Shown: one piece after another, positions 35,904-44,500 of the stretch
How the letters are laid out: the number at the start of each line of letters is the position of its first letter
How positions within the stretch are numbered: position 1 is the stretch's first letter
Source: Hymenobacter sp.
GTDB lineage: Bacteria; Bacteroidota; Bacteroidia; Cytophagales; Hymenobacteraceae
Assembly (NCBI GenBank): GCA_965247135.1
Contig: CBDFGP010000004.1
Coordinates: 912,814 to 976,813, forward strand
DNA: 64,000 bases
Direction of reading: 5' to 3'
Translations under genes and position numbers: made by a program
Notes under the pieces: model-generated
Database searches by the model: none
The model's input: only the letters and a program-made list of their open reading frames with translations
Told to the model about the DNA's origin: nothing

Positions 35904-38900
35904 CTACCCGAACAGTCCACCTGTGGCGGCGGGGCGGGCGGGACCTTCGCGCTCGGCGGCAGTGGGCACGGGCAGGGCATCGGCCAGTAGGAGCGGGCCG
36001 GTCACCACCCGGTCGAGCAAAGCGGCGGCGGCGGGCAGCACGGCCAGGGTGGCTTCGAGGGTCCAGAGGAGTTCGAGCAACTCCACGTCAAAGGCCCAAG
36101 CGGCGGGGCGCAGGGCATCGAGCGGCGACGACGATTTGCCGCTCCGTTTCAGCATTCGGTAGCCCAGCCACGAATCCACCACTTGCAGCCCCGATACGGC
36201 GTAGTTCCACACGGCCGGGGCTACGTCCGTGAAGCGACCGGCGGCTAGGCCTTCGCCTACTATTATGGTATGGGCCGCTTCATCGTAGCCAAATTTTTCG
36301 GGGTAAGCGGTGGTGCCCGTTCCGATGCGGGCCGCGCCGGGCGGCACGGTGGCAGCTGCTCCGGCTGGCCCAAAGCGGTGGCCCCAGGTGTGCAGCCGCA
36401 GCAGGGTGCGGCCCAGGGCGGCTACTTCTTCAAACAAGGCCGCGTCGGCGGTCAGGGGCAGGCGCGGGCCGGGCGTTTCCAACTCTTCCCAAAATAGCTC
36501 CACGTAATGCGGAGTCGCCAACAACGCGTAAGCGTACGCGAGTACGTCGTACGCGTCCATACGCGCACCCGCAGAGGGGTTGAGGGGTTGAGGGGTTGAG
36601 GGGTTGAGGGGTTGAGGGGTTGAGGGGTTGAGGGGTTGAGGGGTTGAGGGGTTGTACGTAGACGAAAGCAGCGCTAACAGTCCGGCTGGTAAGTTGGGCT
36701 GAGTGCCCGCCGCGTCGCGGTAGAGGGGAATGACATCAGCCCCACCGAAAGAACCGCGAAAATGGTGCAAATCGGGCGGAAGCTCAGACGCTACTGCTGC
36801 TGGGCCTTCTCCAACGATACCGGTCAGTAGACTGGTTAAATACACTTGCTGCGGTCCGTGCGCTTGTTGAAGGCTTGGCCGTAAATAATCTCCAACGCGG
36901 CTATCTACCAAGGCCCATTGCCGGTCAAAGCTGCGGTAGCTAATGGGCTGTATGCCGGGGACGGGTTCAGTTGCTGTAAGCCGAGCAATCGGAGTTAGCG
37001 TTTGTGCAGGGTTTATCAAATCAGTGTAAGCGCTGGTTATCCGACGGTCCCGGCTTTCCTTAAACAGTTCGCCCCGTTGCCCGGCTGGGCTGCCCACCAA
37101 TCTCGCCCAACGGGCCTGAAGCACTCCCGCATTTTCCCCAATCGGCCACGAGCGTTTGAATTGCATTCCGCTGGTTTGCCACGGAAACACGTCCGTCAGC
37201 AGCGGCCAGTCCACGTAGGCCGTGGTGGCAGCCGGAAGCAGGGGCGCGGTCCACGCGGTGGGGCAGTCCTGCCAAGTCAGGTCGGCAAAGGATTCGATGC
37301 CGCCCAACCGGGCCAGCTTGTCGGCTTCCGAGCCGGTGAGGCGGCAGTAGCGCACGGCGGCGGGCTGCCCGGCAACCTTGCTGCCGGTGCGAATGCCGAT
37401 GGCAATGCACACCGGGGTTTGAATGGCAAACACGTTGGCGGTTTTGCGGGCCCCCAGGTTGTCGCCTTCCAGGTTGATAATCCACAGCTCCTCGAAGGTT
37501 TCGCGCATTACTTGCCGCATCCCGGCAAAGCCCGGCCCGCGCAGGTACGACGAGGCCGTGATGAACGACACAATGCCGGTGTGGTGCGGCGGCTGCTCAA
37601 ACACCTTCCACAAGGCCCAGCGCCAGAAATACACGTAATCGTTGTAGAGATTTTTGGCGTGAATGCCGGCCCCCACCGCCGCCAGGGGTTCCAAAAAATC
37701 CTGGAGTAGGGGCCGATTGACGGCATCAGCCGCACCGGGGCTGCCGAAGCGTACCCAGCCGCCGTGGCGCTCGCGGGCAAGCACGGCTGCCCCGGCTTCG
37801 TGCTGCTCCCGGTAGTAGGGCGGGTTGCCGATGCACACCAGAATGGGCACGTTGGCCTTGACGTGCTGGGCGCGAATATGCTCCTGGCTCAAGGCCCGGT
37901 AGGCCAAAGGCAAGTGGTCGGGCGGGGTGGCATGGGGCGAATCGAGGGTGTCGGCCAGCAACACGTTGATGCCCCCGGCGGGCAGGGTGCCCCCGGCCGC
38001 TACCACTTGCTGCGTGAGGCGCAGGTGGGCCACGGCGTATGGCCCCACCAACAGCTCAAAAGCGTACATCTGCTGGGCGGCCGTGGTGGCAAACTGCGCC
38101 CGCACTCCTGCGCCGTAGGTGGCGGCTACGTGGTCGAGGCCGTAGCGCAGGGCCGCCAGCAGGTAGGTGCCGGTGCCGCAGGCCGGGTCGAGGGTGGCTA
38201 CCAGCGGGTCCACGAAGCCTTTGGCGGCCCCCAGGCGGGTCCGCAACAGATCATCAACGAGGCGTACCTGGGCCTGCACCACTTCCACGGGAGTGTAGTA
38301 CACGCCGCGCTGCTTGCGCATGGCCGGGTCATAGGCCCCCAGAAAATCCTCGTAGAAATACAGCCAGGGGTCGGCCGCCGTGCTGCCAAACAGCACCGGG
38401 TTCACTTCCGCCACGGTGCGGCGCAGCAAGTCGAGGGGTACGCGCACCTGGTCGTAGGCTTCGGGCTGGGCCAGTACCCGCAGCGTGTCGGAGAGCAAGC
38501 CGTGACCGGCTCGTAAGGCCGCCGCCGCCGTGGCCGGGTCGAGGGCCGTGGCCCCGCTCACCTGGGCCAGCAGCAGGGCGTAGGTCAGGGTTTGGGCGTA
38601 GGCATCGGCAAACTGTTCGGCCGTGGCATCGGGAAAGAAATACACCTGCCAATCGGCCAGTAAGCTGCCCAGGGGCGAGGCGGGGTCGGCGAGAAGGCCC
38701 TCGGCCACGTCGTCGCGCAGTAGGCGGCAAAGGGGGGCCAGCACCTCGGCCAACGCCTTGGGCTGGCTGGGCACCACCGGTTGCCAACTCAGAAAATCGC
38801 GCAACAGCCGGTCAAGGGCTACGGCGCTGGCCTCGGTTGCGGCAGCCGAACCGTCGGCGGTAACATCGCTGGCCAAGCGGCACAGCGGCCCCTGGCGTTC

Positions 38901-39266
38901 GCCGTCGCGGTACAAAGCCCACTCCTGCCCGTCGGTGTAGAGCACGTTGGGCAGGCTTTTAAATTTCTCCCACTGCTTTTTGTCGTGCGGGTCGCGGAAT
39001 CGGGTGGGGTTCGCCCCCTTGCCGGGCGGTTTTAGCTCCACGTAGCCCGTGAGCAGGCCGCTGACCAATACGCCCAGGTCAGGGCGGCCTACGCCCGTCA
39101 TGGCTACCTCGCGGCGCACGTCCACTGCCGGGTAGTGCCGCAGCAAGTCTTCCACGGGGCCGGTAAGCTGGGCTTCGGGCTGCGCCCCCGGCAAGCTCCC
39201 CGGTCCGTAGGCAGCAGTGAGGCGGCCGGCAAAAGCTTGCAAAGGGGCGAGTAGAGGCGAAAGCAC
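35904..39266 (-). CDS. Single-chain restriction-modification enzyme (type IIG-like): PD-(D/E)XK nuclease + N6-adenine MTase + type ISP-like C-terminal specificity domain
   Basis: RPDLG...GYVELK; GVYYTP, DPACGTGTY, GNPPY; YRSFDRQW and YAYALL...Y C-terminal motifs; no helicase motifs seen. Confidence 0.9.
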   Translation of the reverse strand: MLSPLLAPLQAFAGRLTAAYGPGSLPGAQPEAQLTGPVEDLLRHYPAVDVRREVAMTGVGRPDLGVLVSGLLTGYVELKPPGKGANPTRFRDPHDKKQWEKFKSLPNVLYTDGQEWALYRDGERQGPLCRLASDVTADGSAAATEASAVALDRLLRDFLSWQPVVPSQPKALAEVLAPLCRLLRDDVAEGLLADPASPLGSLLADWQVYFFPDATAEQFADAYAQTLTYALLLAQVSGATALDPATAAAALRAGHGLLSDTLRVLAQPEAYDQVRVPLDLLRRTVAEVNPVLFGSTAADPWLYFYEDFLGAYDPAMRKQRGVYYTPVEVVQAQVRLVDDLLRTRLGAAKGFVDPLVATLDPACGTGTYLLAALRYGLDHVAATYGAGVRAQFATTAAQQMYAFELLVGPYAVAHLRLTQQVVAAGGTLPAGGINVLLADTLDSPHATPPDHLPLAYRALSQEHIRAQHVKANVPILVCIGNPPYYREQHEAGAAVLARERHGGWVRFGSPGAADAVNRPLLQDFLEPLAAVGAGIHAKNLYNDYVYFWRWALWKVFEQPPHHTGIVSFITASSYLRGPGFAGMRQVMRETFEELWIINLEGDNLGARKTANVFAIQTPVCIAIGIRTGSKVAGQPAAVRYCRLTGSEADKLARLGGIESFADLTWQDCPTAWTAPLLPAATTAYVDWPLLTDVFPWQTSGMQFKRSWPIGENAGVLQARWARLVGSPAGQRGELFKESRDRRITSAYTDLINPAQTLTPIARLTATEPVPGIQPISYRSFDRQWALVDSRVGDYLRPSLQQAHGPQQVYLTSLLTGIVGEGPAAVASELPPDLHHFRGSFGGADVIPLYRDAAGTQPNLPAGLLALLSSTYNPSTPQPLNPSTPQPLNPSTPQPLNPSAGARMDAYDVLAYAYALLATPHYVELFWEELETPGPRLPLTADAALFEEVAALGRTLLRLHTWGHRFGPAGAAATVPPGAARIGTGTTAYPEKFGYDEAAHTIIVGEGLAAGRFTDVAPAVWNYAVSGLQVVDSWLGYRMLKRSGKSSSPLDALRPAAWAFDVELLELLWTLEATLAVLPAAAALLDRVVTGPLLLADALPVPTAAEREGPARPAATGGLFG
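36574..36653. repeat. Simple sequence repeat (GAGGGGTT)10 inside the RM gene
   Basis: Ten perfect 8-bp units; translates as (NPSTPQPL)3-NPS. Confidence 0.97.
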
Positions 39267-39340
39267 TGTCGTAAATTAAGAAGTAATGGCGGCAAATTAC
39301 ATCCGTTGTCATACTGAGGCAATGGGTAGGCAAACCGATT

Positions 39341-39430
39341 GGTAGGTTATTTTTGCTCACCAAAAAAATAACCTACCTGGCAGGTAGGTTATTCGGGCCC
39401 AAAAAAATAATACCCTACCTCATGCCCCGC
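39341..39430. repeat. Two tandem palindromic units plus a copy of the first three codons of the HTH gene, site 2
   Basis: Units about 39341-39378 and 39382-39420, followed by catgccccgc as at 40390-40399. Confidence 0.9.
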
Positions 39431-39432
39431 AC

Positions 39433-39464
39433 AAAAAAAACCCGCTCACTGTGAGCGGGTTTTT
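39433..39464 (-). terminator. Intrinsic terminator for the DUF6169-like operon
   Basis: aaaaaaaacccgctcac-t-gtgagcgggttttt. Confidence 0.8.
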
Positions 39465-39491
39465 CCGGGGCCGTGGCGGGGCACTACTAAT

Positions 39492-39953
39492 CTATAATTT
39501 GCTCAAATCGTCAAGTGGAATCTGGTCAATCGCGGCCCGGTCGGGGTGGGTGGCCCGGTAAATCAGCGAAACGAATTGCTCGTTAGCCGGGTCGGAATCT
39601 CTTTTGATGAGGGACAATCCAGTCTTTTTAACATAGTCCCGGTACCACCGGTCGAATTTTTTATGGCGGGCGGCTTCCTGTTGGTCGGCCGACGAGCAAA
39701 CCCAGGCGATAATTGTTTGGGGGCTTTTGGCTAACACTTGTTTCAGCACGGCCAGCACGGTTAGTTCAATGCGGGGGTCAGTTCCTTTGCGGGGGCTGGG
39801 GTCGGCATCGGGGCTTTTTAATTCTAAATCAAACACCAACCCGTGCCGGGCTATCATCGGGTTGGGGCAATTGGCGTATTCGCGAAAGGCGATAAAATAG
39901 GTGAGGCCTTCCTCGGTATCAAACTCATAAATCGTTGCCTCCGGCAGTGCCAT
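39492..39953 (-). CDS. DUF6169-like protein (probable start MALPEATIYEF)
   Basis: YEFDTEEGLTYFIAF...D.RI..TV...WVCSSADQQEAARHKKFDRWY pattern recalled from that family. Confidence 0.7.
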   Translation of the reverse strand: MALPEATIYEFDTEEGLTYFIAFREYANCPNPMIARHGLVFDLELKSPDADPSPRKGTDPRIELTVLAVLKQVLAKSPQTIIAWVCSSADQQEAARHKKFDRWYRDYVKKTGLSLIKRDSDPANEQFVSLIYRATHPDRAAIDQIPLDDLSKL

Positions 39954-40101
39954 CAAGCGGCAAGGATAGGGGCGTAATAAAGGTAATATCATAAACGGAA
40001 TGGTTTTTAGGGTCGCGGACATACGCTGTCAGGCGCTTTTTATCGGCCGCGATTTGGTTGAAAAATTCTTTTAAAGTAAGTTTTTTTACTTGCGTTGCCA
40101 C
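39925..40101 (-). CDS. Unannotated 58-aa ORF overlapping the DUF6169-like gene start
   Basis: Manual translation from GTG: VATQVKKLTLKEFFNQIAADKKRLTAYVRDPKNHSVYDITF...; TACCTTTG element about 40 bp upstream. Confidence 0.55.
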   Translation of the reverse strand: MATQVKKLTLKEFFNQIAADKKRLTAYVRDPKNHSVYDITFITPLSLPLDGTAGGNDL

Positions 40102-40350
40102 GGCGGTAGTTTATAAAAGGGTAAACGATTGAGCACTGCAAAGGTAAGCACTCGTGTGGCCCTAACGGGGGGCTGGCGCAGGGAGTTCAGAGGGGCGGAC
40201 ATATTCCGGGGGTAGCGAACCAAATATACCCGCAGGAAGCAAGAAAAAAAACGTTTCAATCAAAAACCTTAAAAATTCATTGCCGACGGCCAGGACCCGC
40301 GCCCGGTCGTCGGCAACAGCTTTTGGGGGTTTCGGGGCAAACTACCCGCC

Positions 40351-40389
40351 AGGTAGGTTATTCGCGCCCAAAAAAATAATAACCTACCT
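40351..40389. repeat. Palindromic unit, site 3, ending 1 nt before the HTH start codon
   Basis: aggtaggttattcgcgcccaaaaaaataataacctacct. Confidence 0.9.
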
Positions 40390-40390
40390 C

Positions 40391-40942
40391 ATGCCCCGCC
40401 CCACCAACCATTCCAATTCGCCCCTGGCCGAAGTGCGCCGCCATTTCGGCCTCAGCCAAGCCACGCTGGCCGCCTGGCTCGGCATTGGGGCTGGCATGGT
40501 GGGGCACTTGGAAGCGGGCCGCAAACCCATCCCTGGCCCCGTGCTGCTGCGCCTGGCCCCGCTGGCCGCCCAGGTGGGCGGTGCGGTCCCGCCGCCCCCG
40601 CCCGACCCGGCCGCCGCGCTGGCCCTGCCCGATGCCGGCCCGTTGGCGGCGCGGCGCGACTACTGCCAGCACCACGCCGCCCGGCTGCGCCGCGCCCTGC
40701 GCCCACTGGCCGCCGCTGCCCAATACGCCACGCGCTGGCAGGCGGCGCTGCCCGCGCTGCTGGCCGCCGCGCCCGCCGGCAGCCCCGCCCGCGCCTGGCT
40801 GCTGCGGCGGCAGGAAGCCGCCGCCGAGGCCCTCGACGGGGCCGCCAGCGCCCAATGGCACCTGCTGCGCCTGCAAGCCGAAGGGCTGGAGGCCGAAGCG
40901 GCGGCCCTCACGGCCCTGTTAGGCGACGCGGTAGGCGCGTAA
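40391..40942 (+). CDS. XRE/Cro-type helix-turn-helix protein with helical C-terminal region
   Basis: LAEVRRHFGLSQATLAAWLGI...HLEAGRK; start ATG 40391. Confidence 0.85.
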   Translation: MPRPTNHSNSPLAEVRRHFGLSQATLAAWLGIGAGMVGHLEAGRKPIPGPVLLRLAPLAAQVGGAVPPPPPDPAAALALPDAGPLAARRDYCQHHAARLRRALRPLAAAAQYATRWQAALPALLAAAPAGSPARAWLLRRQEAAAEALDGAASAQWHLLRLQAEGLEAEAAALTALLGDAVGA

Positions 40943-41050
40943 AACCCGCTGGTTTTCTGCAACTTTTTTGCGGAAAAGACAGGAAATTAAAAATAACGCA
41001 CTACCTTTGGCGCATCACTTTTTTTTCACCTTCTTCACCCCCTCTTTTTT

Positions 41051-41470
41051 ATGGCCCTTGACCTGACCTTGCTCACCACCAAAGCCGAATGCGACGAGGT
41101 ATTGAGCAGCCTCGAAGCCGAGCTGGACACCTACACCCACCGCGACGGCAACCTCGACTACGCCGACCGGCAGTCGGGCCGCATCAACACCGACGTGGCC
41201 GCCCGCCTGGCGGGGGTGAACGCCGAGATTGCCGCTTACACGGCCATCGCCGCCACGCCCGGCCTCACGCCGCTCATGCAAAAAGCCAACGCCAGCAACC
41301 TGCGCCGCGCCAACGACCGCAAGGACAACCTGAGCGAGCGCGGCGAGAAGCACACGGGTTCTGCGGCCTTCCTGGCCGACGTGGATGCCGACCAAATTGC
41401 CGCCCAGGTCGCCACCCTCACCGCCGCCCAAACGGCCGTGACGGCCCACAAAGCCACGTTGCCCGCCTAA
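41051..41470 (+). CDS. Hypothetical coiled-coil protein (139 aa)
   Basis: Clean ORF, all-helical pattern, own TACCTTTG element at 41002-41009, terminator downstream. Confidence 0.82.
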   Translation: MALDLTLLTTKAECDEVLSSLEAELDTYTHRDGNLDYADRQSGRINTDVAARLAGVNAEIAAYTAIAATPGLTPLMQKANASNLRRANDRKDNLSERGEKHTGSAAFLADVDADQIAAQVATLTAAQTAVTAHKATLPA

Positions 41471-41494
41471 GCCCACCCGGCGCGGCAACCCCGC

Positions 41495-41531
41495 AAAAAA
41501 GCCCCCCGGCCAACTTGGCCGGGGGGCTTTT
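41495..41531. terminator. Bidirectional intrinsic terminator
   Basis: aaaaaagccccccggccaa-c-ttggccggggggctttt between convergent genes. Confidence 0.88.
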
Positions 41532-41554
41532 GCATGGGAGAGCGGGCCAGCACC

Positions 41555-44500
41555 CTACTCCTTCGTCAGCCGCTGCCGGAACACCAGCCCGGCATTGGCT
41601 TCTTGGCCGCTGAGTTGGAGCAGGTACTGGCCGGTGGCGAGATTGGCCAGATTCACTGGGGTATTGCTGCCACCGGGCAGGGCCTGGGTGCGTACGGTGC
41701 GGCCCAGGGCATCCAGCACTTGCAAGCGGTAGGAGCCGGTGGGCAGGGCGCTCAGGTCGAGGCTGACGCTAGTGGTGGCAGGGTTCGGATATACGCCCAG
41801 GGCGGGCACCAGGGTACCCGTGAAGCGCACCACCTGCACGGGGCTGAGGGATTCGCGGCCGTCGAGGTCCACTTGGCGCAGGCGGTAGTACGCCAAGGCC
41901 CCGCGTTGGGCGGCGGCGCGGTCCACGAAGCGGTAGTCGGTGGGGCGGCTGGTGTTGCCCTGGGCATCGAGGCGGGCGAAGGCGGCAAAGGTTTTGCCGT
42001 CGGCGCTGCGCTCCAGGCTCCAGTAGGCGCTGTTGCGTTCGCTGGCCGTGCGCCAAGTCAGGGCCGCGTCGGCATTTTGCACGGCTTTGGCCGCGAAGGC
42101 GAGTAGCTCGACCGGCAGCGGGTAGGGGCCGATGACGAAGGTGACGGGCTGGGTGTTGGTGCCGCCGAACAGGTCCACGGTGGTCACGTTCACGGTGTAG
42201 GTGCCGGGCACGAGTTGGGCGGGGTTGCTGACGTAGATGCGGCCCGTGGCGGGGTCAAGGGCCGTGCCGGGGGGCAGCGCGTTGCCGGGGTTGCCGGACG
42301 GAGCCGGGGCCGACCCTGGCCCGCTCGTGGGCGTGAGGGCGGCGCTGACCAGGCCGTTGCCGTTGGGGCCGCTGTCCACGGCCCCGGCGGCGGTGTACTT
42401 GCCGCCGTTGTTGTCAAACACGTTGGCCAGGGTCTGGTTGGTGGCGTACGCGCCGGGGTTGGTGGGCAGGGCGGCGTAGAGGGAGGGGTTGTCCTGGCCC
42501 ACCGGGATGGTGTAGCGGGCTACGTTGCTGGACAAGGCGTTGGCGGGGGTGCCGTTGCCGTTGTCGGTGGCCTGGAAGTAGAAAAACACGTTGCCGATGT
42601 AGCCGGGGGTGGGGTCGAAGTACAGCGTGGCCGCTTGGCTGGGAGTCAGGGCCTGGCCCACCGCCACGAGCGTGAGGGTGGCCCCGTTCAGGTAGTACAA
42701 CAAGCCTTGCGCAGCGGTCGGCAACTGCGTCACGGTGAAGCTGGCGATGCTGCCGTCAATGTCGGTGCCTTGCAACGGCGCAATGGGCAGCGGGCCGGCG
42801 GTTTCGCCGCGCGGGGCTTGCAGGTAGTTCACCACGTCCTGGGCCAGGGGCGGCAGGTTGGCGGGAGCGGTGGTGGTGAAGCTGCTCACGTTGTTGCCGC
42901 TGGGGGCGGTGTCGCCGGTGGCGCTCACCTGCCCCTTCACGGTGAAGGTGGTCGCGCCGGTCGGCACCGTGAAAATCACCGAGTTGGTGACGGAGTTGGC
43001 CCCGCCCGGTTGCAGGCTCGTGATGGTGGGAAAGGTGATGACGTTGCCGGTCTGGGTGCCGCCGCCGGTGATGGTCACGTTGGTGGCCCCAGCGGGGATG
43101 GTCAGGGTTTGGACCACGTTCGCGGCCACGCTGGGGCCGTTGTTCTGGGTCACGACCCCGTAGGTGACGGTGCTGCCCGCCGAGGCCGTGGCGGGGCCGC
43201 TCACGGCGGTGGCCACATCCACTGTGTCGGACAGGGGCACGGTGGCGGTGGTGCGGTTGTTGCCGCCGTTGGTGTCGGTTTCGTTCAGGGTGGCGGTGGC
43301 CGTCAGGACCAGCGGCGAGCGGCCCGGCGCGGCAAACGCCAGGGCTGTGTTCACGGTGCTGCCCGTGCCCAGGTTGCCAATCGGGATGACGAGCCGCCCG
43401 CTGCCGGGGTCGTAGGTGGCGGTGCCGCCCGGCACCGCGAAGTTGTAGAAGCCGGTGATGGGGTCCAGGGTAGCGGGGCTGCCGCCCACCGCAAAGCCAG
43501 CGGCGTTCAAGCCCGCTGGCAGGGCCACTTCCTGCACCACGCCGGTGGCCGGAGCGGCGGCGCTGTTGGCGGTTTGCACCGTGAATGCCACCGTGCTGCC
43601 CGCCGCCGCCGTGCCCGGCAGGCCCACGAAGGCCGTGCTCACGTCGGGGTTGCTGGCCGAGGCCGGGCTGATGCTAATGCTCAGGGCTGTGGCGTTGTTG
43701 TTTAGGTTGGAGTCGTCCACCCCCGACACGCTCACGTTGGCCGTGGGCGTGATGACGTTGCCGCCGGGCGTGATGAACGAGATGGAGCCGCGTTGCGTGG
43801 CGGCACTGCCGGCCGGCAGGTTGCTCAGGGCCGGAAACGTGACCCGCCCGCTCAGGGCATTGTAGGCCCCGGCCAGCACCGCCCCGTCGTAGCCGCGCAC
43901 CTCCACCCCGGCCAGGCCGCTGGGCAGTTGCACGGTAGTGGTCTGGGAAGGCGAAGGGCTGGGGCCGTTGTTGGTCGTGAGCACTTGAATCGTGACCGGG
44001 GCACCCACCGTGCTGCTGGCCGGGCCGGTCAGCACCACGGCCACGTCGGCCTGGGCCGACACCGGCGTTTGCAGACTGGCCACGTTGTTGGCCGGCACGG
44101 GGTCGGTGGCATCGCTGCGCACCACGGCCACGTTGGACAGGGTGCCGTTGCCCACCGGGGCCACGTAGGTCAGGGTGTTGGTCACGGAGCTGCCCGGGAA
44201 CAGGATGCCGGGCACCGGAATTCGCAGCACCCCGCTGCTGGCATCGTAGGTGGCGGCGGTGGGGCCGGTGCCGTAGGTGGCCACCGTGCCGCTCACGGTG
44301 GTGGGCGCGGCCCCGTTCACCAGCACCGCGTTGGGGCCGGCCAGGGGCAGGCCGGCCGCGATGTTGACGAACTGCACGGCGTTCAGGGCCTGACCTGGCC
44401 CCCGGTTGGTACTCACCACGGTGTAGGTCAGGGCCTGCCCGGCGGTGGCCTGCACCGGCCCCACAATGTTGGTACTCACGTCGGCATTGGCCAGGTTGTC

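Noticed and set aside
35724-39324. Inverted 9-mer (cattgcctc / gaggcaatg) flanking the RM gene as possible element ends or invertible-segment ends
   Set aside because: Too short to exceed chance and no recombinase nearby
34975-40389. CRISPR array or classical integron attC sites
   Set aside because: At most two adjacent units, no GTTRRRY/RYYYAAC core, and no tyrosine recombinase in the window
40280-40390. N-terminal extension of the HTH ORF in the ORF track
   Set aside because: It merely reads through the palindrome; the HTH fold begins after ATG 40391
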